A stretch of 64,000 bases of DNA from Candidatus Binatia bacterium (lineage in GTDB: Bacteria; Desulfobacterota; Binatia; UBA12015). The DNA is taken from positions 299,212 to 363,211 of the forward strand of contig JAQWRY010000088.1 of assembly GCA_029243485.1 (NCBI GenBank), written 5' to 3'. This document shows, in pieces, positions 9,575-18,963 of this stretch (the first letter of the stretch is position 1; every line of letters begins with the position of its first letter). The notes under the pieces were generated by a model that saw only the letters and a list, made by a program, of their open reading frames with translations, was not told the DNA's origin and ran no database searches. The position numbers and the translations under genes were made by a program.

Positions 9575-9618
9575 GGAGGGGAAAGTTCTAGGTTGTGATC
9601 CATGGTAGGAAGCAAGCC

Positions 9619-9864
9619 ATGAGCAATCCGGTAGACGCGCTGGTTCTCGACTTGCTCGAGTGGATCGACCCGGAGTCTCGCCCGTACTCGGAAGTCATCG
9701 ATGCGTGGCGGACCTCCTGCCCGCGACTGCCCGTCTGGGAGGAAGCCAACGGCCGCGGATTTCTCGAACGGCGCCACGAGTCCGGGGGCAGGACGTCCGT
9801 AGGCGTGTCGGCTCTCGGTCGGCGGCACCTCAGAACCGCGAGAACACCCCTCCGTGCCGAGTGA
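9619..9864 (+). CDS. Small hypothetical protein (81 aa)
   Basis: An ATG start has AGGAAG 7 nt upstream. The product reads MSNPVDALVLDLLEWIDPESRPYSEVIDAWRTSCPRLPVWEEANGRGFLERR..., and its stop overlaps the start of the downstream SDR gene. Confidence 0.4.
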   Translation: MSNPVDALVLDLLEWIDPESRPYSEVIDAWRTSCPRLPVWEEANGRGFLERRHESGGRTSVGVSALGRRHLRTARTPLRAE

Positions 9865-10636
9865 CGCCGGCCGCGTTGTCGGCAAGGTCGCGCTCATTAC
9901 GGGCGCCGCATCGGGACTCGGCGAGGCCGATGCGCATAGACTCGCCGAAGAGGGCGCTCGAGTCGTGCTAACCGACATCAATGTTGCAGCCGGGGAGGCG
10001 GTGGCGCAGGCGTGCGGCGGCGTGTTCCTCGCCCAGGACGTGGGTGACGAGGCGACCTGGCCCAAGGTGATCGAGCAGACCCTTGCCGCGCATGGTCGGC
10101 TCGATGTTCTGGTGAACAACGCTGGGATCGCGCCGATCGGCGACATCGAAACGACGACGGTGGAGGTGTGGCGGAAGACTCTCCGCGTTCATCTCGACGG
10201 GACCTTCTTCGGATGCCACTACGCGATGCCGGCCCTCATCGAGTCGGGCGGTGGTTCGATCATCAACATGTCGTCGATCACCGCGCTGATTGGGCACGCT
10301 CCGTATCTTGCGTACTCCGCGGCAAAAGGCGGGATTCGCAGCATGACGAAATCGATCGCGGCGTACGGCAAGGCGAAGAACCGTCGCGTGCGCTGCAACT
10401 CGATTCATCCGGGGAGTATCTCGACGCCCATGGTGCACCAGGCCATGGAGTCACTGATGGGGGTCAAGTTGACGGAGGCGGAAGATCCTGAAGCCTTGCG
10501 CACCAAGCTCGGGATCGGTGAACCCAACGACGTCGCCAACATGGTTCTGTTCCTGGCGTCCGACGAATCCAAGCATATGAGCGGGGCTGAGCTGGTGATC
10601 GACAATGGCTCCGCCATCACACAGGGGGGGCGATGA
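9854..10636 (+). CDS. Short-chain dehydrogenase/reductase (SDR family oxidoreductase)
   Basis: It carries the SDR motifs TGAASGLG (cofactor-binding), NNAG and YSAAKGG (the catalytic YxxxK). Confidence 0.9.
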   Translation: MPSDAGRVVGKVALITGAASGLGEADAHRLAEEGARVVLTDINVAAGEAVAQACGGVFLAQDVGDEATWPKVIEQTLAAHGRLDVLVNNAGIAPIGDIETTTVEVWRKTLRVHLDGTFFGCHYAMPALIESGGGSIINMSSITALIGHAPYLAYSAAKGGIRSMTKSIAAYGKAKNRRVRCNSIHPGSISTPMVHQAMESLMGVKLTEAEDPEALRTKLGIGEPNDVANMVLFLASDESKHMSGAELVIDNGSAITQGGR

Positions 10637-11082
10637 ACATCTCGGGACTGACCCACGTGAACGTCAACTGCAGCGACTTCGATCGTTCGCTCGCCTTCTA
10701 CGAGCGCCTCGGATTTGAGGTCCTGGTGAACGTGCCGCCGACTAACACGCCAGAGGTCGCGGCGGCCGTCGGTATGCCGCCGTACCGAGTGAAGGGTGCG
10801 CTGCTCATCCTAAGTGGTGCCGCGACCCCGTTTGTCATCGATCTACTCGAGTGGCAGGAGCCGAACGATCCGGCGGCGCCGTATGCGCACCTCTACCACC
10901 TCGGCATCGGACGAATCGCGCTCGCAACGCAGGACCTCGACGCCGACGTGGCGGAGCTGAAGGCCCACGGCGTGGAATTCCTTTCCGAGCCGGTATCGGT
11001 GGAACTCGATGGCCGTCCCGCCGCCACGCGGTTCGTGTGCTTCAAGGATCCCGACGGGACGATTTTGGAGCTCGTGCAGTAG
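10633..11082 (+). CDS. VOC/glyoxalase-family protein
   Basis: The product is 149 aa with the glyoxalase/bleomycin-resistance fold pattern (THVNVNCSDFDRSLAFYERLGFE...HLGIG...). Its start overlaps the SDR stop. Confidence 0.8.
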   Translation: MNISGLTHVNVNCSDFDRSLAFYERLGFEVLVNVPPTNTPEVAAAVGMPPYRVKGALLILSGAATPFVIDLLEWQEPNDPAAPYAHLYHLGIGRIALATQDLDADVAELKAHGVEFLSEPVSVELDGRPAATRFVCFKDPDGTILELVQ

Positions 11083-11100
11083 CGCGCCGCGGCGGATTAC

Positions 11101-12324
11101 TCAGGTCCGATCGAGCCCGAGCATCTTGATCGCGTTGCCGCGCACCACCTTGTAGGCGATGTCGTCGGGAACACCCTGCAGCATCTCCTTCACGGCGGCG
11201 ACGGTATGGGGCCAAGACGTATCGGTGTGGGGGTAGTCGGTCTCGAAGCAGATCTGGTCGACGCCGAGCGCGTCGAGGTTCTTCATGCCGTGGTAATCCG
11301 ACGTGAAGCAGCCGTACACGCGCCCGTAGTAGAAGGAGGACGGCTTGTCGGCGAGGAGGTTCTTGTTGCCCATCCATCCGTCGTGGTGTTCCCACACGTA
11401 GTCGGCGCGCTCGAGCGCGTAGGGGATCCAGCCGACTTGTCCCTCGGAGTAGGCGATCTTCAGCTTTGGGAAACGCGGCATGATGCTGAACAGGTATTCC
11501 GCGAGCGACGTCATCGAGTTGTTGAAAGAGATCGTCGCCTTCGCAGCGCCGGGAGCGTCCGGCGAACCCGACGGGTCGGTCGACGACGAGCCGACGTGCA
11601 TGCACACGACGGTGGCCGTCTCCTCGCAGATGCGGAACATCGGATCCCAGTATCCGCTGTGGATGCTCGGAAGGCCGAGATGGCTCGGGATCTCGCTGAA
11701 GCAAACGGCGCGCACGCCCCGCTTGGCGTTGCGCTCGATCTCTTCGACCGCGAGATCGACGTCCCACAGCGGCATGATGGCAAGGGGGATGTTCATCCCG
11801 CCCGACGGCTCGCACCACTCCTCGACCATCCAGTCGTTGTAGGCGCGGACGCAGGCGAGACCGAGCTCTTTGTCGTCACCTTCTTTGAACGTCTGTCCGC
11901 AGAAGCGCGGGAAGGTGGGGAAGGGGAGCGACCCGTCGACCCAGTTCTGCTTGAACTCCTCGATGCGCGCGTCGCGGTCGTAACAGCCGGGGCGCATGTC
12001 GTCGTAGGTCATCGCGGTCATCGTCATCTTCGACCGGTCGAACTTGGACTTGTCGCCGCCCGGCGTCGCCTCGAGGGGGATCGCGACGTGACGCTTGTGC
12101 ACGTAGATCAGCTTGTCCTCGTAGAGCCATGCGTCGCCCCATTCTCCCTCGGGGTCGAGAGGATTCTTGTACTTCGCGCCCTTCTCGAGGGTGAACTTCC
12201 CGAAGCGCTCGCGCGTGATCCGCGGCCCTTTTTCCCGGTACTTCTTGGGCAGCCACGCCTGCCACACGTGGGCTGGCTCGACCACGTGATCGTCTACGCT
12301 GATGATCTTCGGGAGCTGTTCCAT
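11101..12324 (-). CDS. Amidohydrolase-2 family metal-dependent hydrolase
   Basis: The ORF is 407 aa. An N-terminal IISVDDHVVEP metal-binding His/Asp motif and a C-terminal ...FETDYPH... block are typical of amidohydrolase_2 (ACMSD-like) proteins. Confidence 0.8.
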   Translation of the reverse strand: MEQLPKIISVDDHVVEPAHVWQAWLPKKYREKGPRITRERFGKFTLEKGAKYKNPLDPEGEWGDAWLYEDKLIYVHKRHVAIPLEATPGGDKSKFDRSKMTMTAMTYDDMRPGCYDRDARIEEFKQNWVDGSLPFPTFPRFCGQTFKEGDDKELGLACVRAYNDWMVEEWCEPSGGMNIPLAIMPLWDVDLAVEEIERNAKRGVRAVCFSEIPSHLGLPSIHSGYWDPMFRICEETATVVCMHVGSSSTDPSGSPDAPGAAKATISFNNSMTSLAEYLFSIMPRFPKLKIAYSEGQVGWIPYALERADYVWEHHDGWMGNKNLLADKPSSFYYGRVYGCFTSDYHGMKNLDALGVDQICFETDYPHTDTSWPHTVAAVKEMLQGVPDDIAYKVVRGNAIKMLGLDRT

Positions 12325-12639
12325 GAGGTAGACGATACACGACAGGGTCGGATTTCAACATGCATCCAATGGGAGCTGTGGCGCTCGGCCCGGCTGATGC
12401 TCATGGGCGAGTTCGGATCATGCCCCAAGAGGCAGCGTCTACCATGGTTCGAACTCCCGAGGGGAGAGCGCTGGGGCCTCGTCGAGCAGGGCTGGCGCCG
12501 CGGCTCTCGATATGGGGTTTTCCTTGCCCGGAGCTCGACAGCCGATTCCTCGGCGTTGGGTGCTGGTTAACGGTCGGCCCCGCGTTGAGGGATCGTCGCA
12601 GCGGCCATCGCTAGCCAGGACATTGCCGACGGCAAGGGG

Positions 12640-14163
12640 TCAGCCCTCCGGGGCCCAGTCCGGCGAGACGCGGTACGCCCGGTACACGTTCACAGAGAGT
12701 GTACCGGTCGGCAATTGCAGGGTGATCAGCGGTTCGAACGGAGATACGAACTCCCAAACGATCTCTCCGTCGCGCGTGACCTCGAACATGCGTCCGGAGT
12801 TGCCCTCATCGATGAACGTGTTGCCGCCCGGCAGCCGCTGCGAGCTGCTCAGGTTGAACGCATAGAAGCGCGGCGTGCCGTCCGCTCCTGCGGTCGGCTG
12901 CTCGTACGACCACACGGCCTCCCGGGTTGCGGGGTCGACTTCTAGAATGCGGGAGTAGCCGCGGTCGTACAAATTGCTGGTGAGCGCGCCGCTCGCGTCC
13001 CGACCGAAGCCGGCCGCACTGCCGTTGTCGAAGACCAGGATGTTCCCTTCGCCGGGCAAGCCAAAGGGGATCATGTGCGGGTGGTGCTGGCCGCTGATCG
13101 GCCCGAAGGTGACGTCGTCGAAGTACGGACCAAGTCGCCAGACCACGTTCCCCGCCGACCAGTCGCCGTCCGGGTGGTCGTGCCGCGCGACGATGAACAG
13201 GAGGGCCCCTTGCCGAGAGCCCACCAGCACGTTGTCGGGATGAAATCGCTCGTCGCACTCGCTCGAGCCGGGCTCGCGGCAATGACGGTTCGGGCCGAGG
13301 TACGAGACCGCGTTCAAGAGGAGCCAGCCCTGGCCAGGAGGAGCGGGGACGTCCGGAGGGGCGAGGCCGCCAGCGAACAACGTGATAGCCGCGCGCGCGT
13401 CGGCATCGAAGCCCAGCTCGTCGATGTGGTCTGCGCCGAGCCACTCCCACAAGAGCGTTTTTCCGTCCGCCGCCATCTCGACGATCGACTCTTCGCCGAC
13501 GTCCATGCCGCCGACTGCCGCCGATTGCTCCGGTGTCAGGTCGGCGTGGGCGAGGAACAGAACGCGACCGTCGCCGCGGCTCTCCGTGATCTCGGGAGTC
13601 CAATAGACAGGGGTGTTCCACACCTGAAGGTCGTGGTGGGCGAGGGCCGACGGCCGCCCTTCATCGGTCGTTCCGTATTGCAGAGGGTTCAGCTCGCCAC
13701 CGCACTCCGCTCCGGGGGGCGCTTCGTTGGGCCATACGGCGCCACCGTCCCAATCAAGGATGGCGACGCAAGGGGAGCGGAAGTCGACGAGGCTAGGGAG
13801 TGTCGTCGGGCCGGGGTGCTCGATCGTTCCGAGTACGTGGCCAGGCTCGGGCATGGGCTCGCCATCGGCTCCGCTCGTCGACCAGGAGTTGAGAAACCGC
13901 CCGAGTCCATCGACGAGATACAAGCCCGAGTCCTCGGCGGAGAGGACGTTGAAGAGCGTGTATCGCGTCTCCGCCGGCGCGCCGTCACTGAGTGTCACGC
14001 ACGCGGTCGACGTCTCCGGGGAGCATCCGGAGAGGTCGCGACGTGCGATCGGCTCTGTCGGCTCGAGCGGCTGCTCGTCCGTTGCGATCGTCGTGTCGGA
14101 ACAGCCGGTTGCGAGAAGAGACGCTGCGACGCAGAGGAGAAGGCTCGATTGGAGGGGCGTCAC
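12640..14163 (-). CDS. Secreted lipoprotein, likely beta-propeller-type (a possible arylsulfotransferase-like enzyme is speculative)
   Basis: It has a signal peptide and a lipobox (LLATGC). The product is 507 aa and rich in Gly, Asp and Trp repeat-like segments. The family cannot be assigned without a search. Confidence 0.6.
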   Translation of the reverse strand: MTPLQSSLLLCVAASLLATGCSDTTIATDEQPLEPTEPIARRDLSGCSPETSTACVTLSDGAPAETRYTLFNVLSAEDSGLYLVDGLGRFLNSWSTSGADGEPMPEPGHVLGTIEHPGPTTLPSLVDFRSPCVAILDWDGGAVWPNEAPPGAECGGELNPLQYGTTDEGRPSALAHHDLQVWNTPVYWTPEITESRGDGRVLFLAHADLTPEQSAAVGGMDVGEESIVEMAADGKTLLWEWLGADHIDELGFDADARAAITLFAGGLAPPDVPAPPGQGWLLLNAVSYLGPNRHCREPGSSECDERFHPDNVLVGSRQGALLFIVARHDHPDGDWSAGNVVWRLGPYFDDVTFGPISGQHHPHMIPFGLPGEGNILVFDNGSAAGFGRDASGALTSNLYDRGYSRILEVDPATREAVWSYEQPTAGADGTPRFYAFNLSSSQRLPGGNTFIDEGNSGRMFEVTRDGEIVWEFVSPFEPLITLQLPTGTLSVNVYRAYRVSPDWAPEG

Positions 14164-14552
14164 AGGTCATACGTACCACAGGGTCTGTCGAGTGCCGTAG
14201 CGGTGCGGACCCCGCGACACCTTGGCGCCACCGAACCGAGCGCGCTCACTTCGGGGGGAGGCTGCGCCCTCCGGGCGGCTTCGTCATGAGACGGCCTCTC
14301 GAGAGCCGCCGCGCAGCACCCAGACGAGCAGCCGCGCGACGCTCTCTCGAGCGCCGCGCGGCCTTCGCGGAGGCCCAGTGCCTCCAAGCTCGGAGGACAC
14401 CGTCCCCGGTGAGCATCGCTTTGAATCCGGCCGCGTCCTTCTGCGGATACCCTGAACCACCGTAGCCGGCCCGCCGGTCACCTCGTTCACGCAATGGACG
14501 TCGATCCCGGTGCGCGTGTTGTGGTTGGTTTTGAAGCCGCTCGCCACCCGAC

Positions 14553-16886
14553 TCAATTCGGCGAATCCTCCCCGTCCGCGGGTTCGTCGGACTCGCTCGC
14601 GTCCTCGGGCGGCGCCGCGTCTTCCGCGTGCGACGCGGCGGGTGGCGCGGGCTCCTCTCGTGCTTCCCGGAGACGCACGTCCTGGCAGGCGGCCACGAGG
14701 GCGACGATCGGCAGGCGGGCGAGCGTCGAAGGCAAGTCCCGGCCGAACGGATCCTCGAGATGCATTCCCGCAATCCGTAGCGGGAAATAGACGAGCGCGG
14801 CATCCCAAGAGAGACGGATGACCTCGTCGAGGTCCGGCTCCTGCGCGACCTCGACCGCCGCATCAATCCGGAAGTCGTCGCTCAGGCGGCGCTCGAGTCG
14901 CGAACGAAGGCGCTCCGCGTCGGGCTCGCTCGACGGCGCGATGACCCGCAGAGAGGCGTCTTCCCAATCCGCGGTTCGCGTCATGAGGTGGGCGAGAAGC
15001 AGGCAGAGGCGTGAAGACTCATCGTCGAACCACCAGATATCGATTCGACGCTGGTCGGGCGCGAGTTCGCCGAGGCGGAGCCAGGCCGTCTCGCCCGTAT
15101 CGAGAACGACAACATGTTGGCCGAGCTTTACGGCACCCGCAAGCATGCGGCCGTACCAGAGCTGCGCGCTGGAGCCTGCCTCGGAGATCGCTTCGAGCCA
15201 GTTGACCAAGACGGTGTTCGACCGGAGCGGCCCCACGCCCCACGCTTGAACGAGCGTCGACATGCCAGTGCGGACGTCGGGGGCCGCGACGGCTAGCGGG
15301 TAGACGTCGTGCTCGTGCTCTTCGATCTCCGCTCGGAGTTCCGCCTCCGCCTCGGCACAACGCCGTTGCGATTCCTCAGAGAGCCCCTCGCCCTCGATGA
15401 GAACGGCCGCCGTGACGATTCCCGAGTTGCCTGCGATCCACGAGCCGAACTGCAATACGCGCTCGCGGCGCTCGAGGCCATGTGTGAACGCCAGGATTTG
15501 AGGCTGCCAATCGGTAGGTCCCTCGGGCTCTGCTGCGATCTCGCGCAGCCCCTCTCGGACGCGCCGGAATTGGTACGCACGGCGGCTGTCGCGCCAGCGC
15601 GCGGGGACCGCGGTGCGACGGACATACTGGTAGATGGCGGCAATCACGGTGGTGGCGATCACGCCGGAGACCGGGTCGATTGCGAGCATGACGATCCCGC
15701 AGAGCGCCGTTCCGGCGAGGCTGGCGTGCGCGTGGAAGAATCCGAAGCGCGGGCGGAACGAGGGGCTCGCCGCGGTGGCCTCGACGTACGTAGCGTAGTT
15801 CAGCAGCCCGTAGGAGATGAGGAAGAACATCGATACGAGGCCGGCGATCAGGTTGAGGTTGCCGGCCGCGATCGTGACCCCGGCGATGACTGCGGTGAGG
15901 AGGATCGCCCTGCGCGGGTTCCCCGAGGGGCCGTGTCCGACGGCGAACGGGGTGAGGCGCAAGAAGATTTGGTCGGCCGCGAGCGCCTGAAGAATTCGGG
16001 GCGCACCGAGGAACGAAGCGAGTGCGGACGACAGCGTTGCGGCGAGAACGCCCGCGGCGATCAGCCAGGGTACGAGCGCGATGTGCTTTAGCGCGGCGGA
16101 CTCGTTCGCCAGAGTCGTCAACGGGGATGTCGACCCAAGGAGTAGGATCGTCGCGGCGTAGACGACGGTCGAAAGCCCGACCGCGGCGAACGTCCCCGTG
16201 GGGAGGCTGCGCGCGGGGTCTTTCAAATCCCCGGACATGCTCACCCCTTGGGTGAACCCCGTCACCGCGGGGAAGAAGATTGCGAACAGCACCCAGAACC
16301 CCGGGCCTCCGTCGGCCGCGGTCCAGTTTGCCCGAAGCATCTCACCGCTCACGGCGGGCACGCCGCCCGCGAAGAGGGAGATCATGGCCCCGACGAGGAG
16401 GACCATGATCACGTACTGAAAGCGCGTCGCGAGATCGGCGCCGAGATAGGCGAGCATCAGAAGGAGCGCCGCCGCTCCGCCGGCGACCGCCTTCTCCGGC
16501 AGAGCGGCGGCTTCCGGCGAAAGACCGGAGACGCCCTCCGCGAAACCGACGCAGTAAAACCCGACCGAGACCGCTTGTGCGACGAATAGTACGAGCCCGA
16601 GTGCGCCGCCGAACGACACACCGAGGCTGCGTGAGATCAGATAGTAGTCGCCGCCGCCGCGCACCCGGCGGTTGGTCGCAATCGCAGACAGAGAGAGGCT
16701 CGTCAGCGTGGATATCGTGGTTGCCAAGGCCAGGATGAGCAGCGCCTGGGCCACGCCGCCGCTCCCGACGACGAACCCGACCCGCAGGAAAAGGATCAGT
16801 CCGAGAATGGTGAGAATGCTCGGCGTGAAGACTCCGCCGAACGTCCCGAGTGTGCCGCGCGACGCTGCCATCGAAGGTGTCATATC
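14553..16886 (-). CDS. APC-superfamily transporter of the cation-chloride cotransporter (SLC12-like) type with a C-terminal cytoplasmic domain
   Basis: The N-terminus has the permease signature MTPSMAASRGTLGTFGGVFTPSILTILG. It has ~12 TM helices followed by a ~300-aa soluble C-terminal domain. The longer ORF reaching 17168 is rejected because it overlaps the divergent lipoprotein gene and crosses the G10 tract. Confidence 0.75.
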   Translation of the reverse strand, partial: DMTPSMAASRGTLGTFGGVFTPSILTILGLILFLRVGFVVGSGGVAQALLILALATTISTLTSLSLSAIATNRRVRGGGDYYLISRSLGVSFGGALGLVLFVAQAVSVGFYCVGFAEGVSGLSPEAAALPEKAVAGGAAALLLMLAYLGADLATRFQYVIMVLLVGAMISLFAGGVPAVSGEMLRANWTAADGGPGFWVLFAIFFPAVTGFTQGVSMSGDLKDPARSLPTGTFAAVGLSTVVYAATILLLGSTSPLTTLANESAALKHIALVPWLIAAGVLAATLSSALASFLGAPRILQALAADQIFLRLTPFAVGHGPSGNPRRAILLTAVIAGVTIAAGNLNLIAGLVSMFFLISYGLLNYATYVEATAASPSFRPRFGFFHAHASLAGTALCGIVMLAIDPVSGVIATTVIAAIYQYVRRTAVPARWRDSRRAYQFRRVREGLREIAAEPEGPTDWQPQILAFTHGLERRERVLQFGSWIAGNSGIVTAAVLIEGEGLSEESQRRCAEAEAELRAEIEEHEHDVYPLAVAAPDVRTGMSTLVQAWGVGPLRSNTVLVNWLEAISEAGSSAQLWYGRMLAGAVKLGQHVVVLDTGETAWLRLGELAPDQRRIDIWWFDDESSRLCLLLAHLMTRTADWEDASLRVIAPSSEPDAERLRSRLERRLSDDFRIDAAVEVAQEPDLDEVIRLSWDAALVYFPLRIAGMHLEDPFGRDLPSTLARLPIVALVAACQDVRLREAREEPAPPAASHAEDAAPPEDASESDEPADGEDSPN

Positions 16887-16980
16887 AGTGGGGCCGGAAA
16901 GCCCAATGACCGCGAGCCGTTTTCCCGATTCTTCTTTTCCCGACCAGCCCGATCGGCCGGTCGGTTCGGCCGGTTCGGCC

Positions 16981-16990
16981 GGGGGGGGGG
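16981..16990. repeat. G10 homopolymeric tract in the divergent intergenic region
   Basis: Ten consecutive G residues lie between the transporter start (~16886, - strand) and the lipoprotein start (17077, + strand). Confidence 0.9.
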
Positions 16991-17076
16991 TGAGGGGCGT
17001 GATTGACCGGCGTCGCGGTTCCGGGCTACCCAACGTAGACGGCGAATGTTCCCTGGACAGACGAGGCAAACAACTC

Positions 17077-18843
17077 ATGAAGATCGAAGCTCTGAAGCGC
17101 AGCGGGCTTGCCCTGCTTCTCCTCCTCCTCGTCTCCGGCTTCACCGCTGGTTGCGGCTCGGATTCCACATCGGGAACGACGACGTCCGGACCGCCGGTGG
17201 AAGTGCCGCCCGATCCCGATCCCGATCCCGATCCCGATCCAGAGCCGAAACCAGAACCGGATCCGAACGGGTGCGACGAGTCGTTCGACGGCGCCTACGA
17301 CGCGATCCAGAACGTCATCTTCGAACGACATGGCTGCACGGCACAGGCGTGTCACGGCAGCAGCGCTGCCGGTGGCCTCGAACTCACTGCGGACGTTTCC
17401 TACGACAACCTCGTCCGAGCCGACTCGGTTGGGAGCAGCCTACGTCGCGTCGAGCCGACGAGGGTGAAGGATAGCTACCTCTTTCATAAGCTGGCTTCTG
17501 CGACCGACCCGTCGCTCGTGACGATCGACATCGCCGGGAGCCCGATGCCGCTGTCCGGTGGGGCGCTGTCGCCAGAGGAGCTCGACGCCGTGCGATTGTG
17601 GATCGAGGGCGCGGCCCCGCGCGAAGGCTCGATCGGTGACGAGTTCGGTGGCAACCGCGTCGCCGAGCTGCTCGACACTTGCCTGCCGGATCCCGACCCC
17701 GTCGTGATCGAACCCCTCGAGCCGCCCGCTGCAGGGACCGGTGTCCAGATGGCGATGCCCCCGCATCAGATCCCGGGCGGAGCCGAGTTCGAAGTCTGCT
17801 TTGCTGAGTACATCGATTTCCGGGAACAGATTCCGGAGGAGTTCCGCACCGCCGACGGCAACTTCTTCTTTGCGAACGGCAGCTTGAATCTGGCCGACCC
17901 GAACACGCATCACATGACGATCAGCTACTCCGGCTTCGGCGCCGAAATGGTCGACGCGCCCGAGTTCGGGCGTTGGGAATGCGCGGCAGGCCCGCTCGAG
18001 GGCGAGTCGTGTGATCCCCTCGATCCCAGCCACTGCGGCGGTGGGCAATGTCGATCCGAGCTTCAGAACAGCGTGGCCTGCCTGGGCTTCGGGCCGCCGG
18101 GGGGCGGGAGCGGCGTCACCCCCGGAAGCCGGATCAGGACCGGGAACGGGCGCCCCGGCTTCTTCGCCAAGTTGCAGTCGCACGGGATCTTCTACTGGAA
18201 CTCCCACGCCTTCAATCTGACGCCGAAGGACCTGACGCATCACAACTACACCAACATCTACTTCACTGACGATCTCCGCTTCCAGGACGTTGGCTTCCAG
18301 GACACCTCGAACATCGGCATCGCCGCCGGCACGCCGCCCTTCGCGAAGGTGGAGTACTGCGCTGAGCATGTGCTCGCACGCGGCACGGAGCTGTTGAGCC
18401 TCGTCTCGCATACGCACAAGCGAGGCGAGCGGTTCACTATGACTCTCAAGAGCACCGGAGAACTCTTGTACGACAACCCGTTCTGGGACGATCCGGTCTT
18501 CGTCAACTACGACCCGGCGCGGGTGTTCGATTCCGAGGACCCCGACGACCGCACGATCATCTACTGCGCGGTCTACAACAATGGTGTCGCGCCGGACGGT
18601 TCGCCCGACGTGGGCAGCGTCACGCGTCTTTCGCGCAAGCCGGCCCGTTCGAGTTGTCGCCCCGTGGCCTGTGCCGAGGGGTTGGTCGGCGAGCCCTGCG
18701 CCGGCGTGAACGACGACGCAGCATGCGACACGTCACCCGGCGCGGGCGACGGCATGTGTGACGCGTGCTCGATCTCGGGAGGTCTGACCAGTGACGACGA
18801 GATGTTCATCCTGTTGGGATCGACGCTCGAGGTCGTAGGGTAG
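17077..18843 (+). CDS. Cysteine-rich secreted lipoprotein with a (DP)n linker and a cytochrome-c-like CX4CH motif
   Basis: It has a signal peptide and a lipobox (LLLLLVSGFTAGC) followed by PPDPDPDPDPDPEPKPEPDP. The segment HGCTAQACHGSSAAGGLELTAD resembles planctomycete-type cytochrome c domains. There are more than 20 Cys residues downstream. Confidence 0.75.
   Translation: MKIEALKRSGLALLLLLLVSGFTAGCGSDSTSGTTTSGPPVEVPPDPDPDPDPDPEPKPEPDPNGCDESFDGAYDAIQNVIFERHGCTAQACHGSSAAGGLELTADVSYDNLVRADSVGSSLRRVEPTRVKDSYLFHKLASATDPSLVTIDIAGSPMPLSGGALSPEELDAVRLWIEGAAPREGSIGDEFGGNRVAELLDTCLPDPDPVVIEPLEPPAAGTGVQMAMPPHQIPGGAEFEVCFAEYIDFREQIPEEFRTADGNFFFANGSLNLADPNTHHMTISYSGFGAEMVDAPEFGRWECAAGPLEGESCDPLDPSHCGGGQCRSELQNSVACLGFGPPGGGSGVTPGSRIRTGNGRPGFFAKLQSHGIFYWNSHAFNLTPKDLTHHNYTNIYFTDDLRFQDVGFQDTSNIGIAAGTPPFAKVEYCAEHVLARGTELLSLVSHTHKRGERFTMTLKSTGELLYDNPFWDDPVFVNYDPARVFDSEDPDDRTIIYCAVYNNGVAPDGSPDVGSVTRLSRKPARSSCRPVACAEGLVGEPCAGVNDDAACDTSPGAGDGMCDACSISGGLTSDDEMFILLGSTLEVVG
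17209..17240. repeat. (CCCGAT)5 hexanucleotide microsatellite inside the lipoprotein gene
   Basis: Five perfect tandem CCCGAT units plus a partial unit encode the Pro-Asp repeat linker. Confidence 0.9.
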
Positions 18844-18963
18844 CCCAAGGTTAATTCGCAATCGTTTTGGGCCGGTCACCCGCCGGGTGGTGGTCGCCGA
18901 CATCCGGATGATCGAGCAAGAAGCCGGGTGCTCGGGGCACATCGGGAGTGTGCGCGTATCGAC

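Noticed and set aside
11083-11100. Short GC palindrome (CGCCGCGGCG) between convergent genes as a terminator
   Set aside because: It is only 10 bp with no flanking U-tract, and such sequences are common by chance in a GC-rich region.
11206-12570. 454-aa + strand ORF
   Set aside because: It is antisense to the amidohydrolase gene and is an Arg/Val/Gly-rich artefact.
13075-14289. 404-aa + strand ORF
   Set aside because: It is antisense to the lipoprotein gene at 12640-14163. There is no start context and no motifs.
14553-17168. Full 871-aa version of the transporter ORF with a 95-aa N-terminal extension
   Set aside because: The extension is Arg/Pro-rich, crosses the G10 tract and overlaps the divergent lipoprotein gene start at 17077. 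The conserved permease N-terminus begins at the internal MTPSMAASRG.
17209-17240. Possible CRISPR-like or regulatory direct repeat
   Set aside because: The units are contiguous 6-mers with no spacers and lie inside a coding region encoding a Pro-Asp linker. It is a microsatellite, not a CRISPR array.
17440-18417. 325-aa - strand ORF
   Set aside because: It is antisense to the Cys-rich lipoprotein gene, whose sense frame has a signal peptide, a lipobox and a repeat linker.
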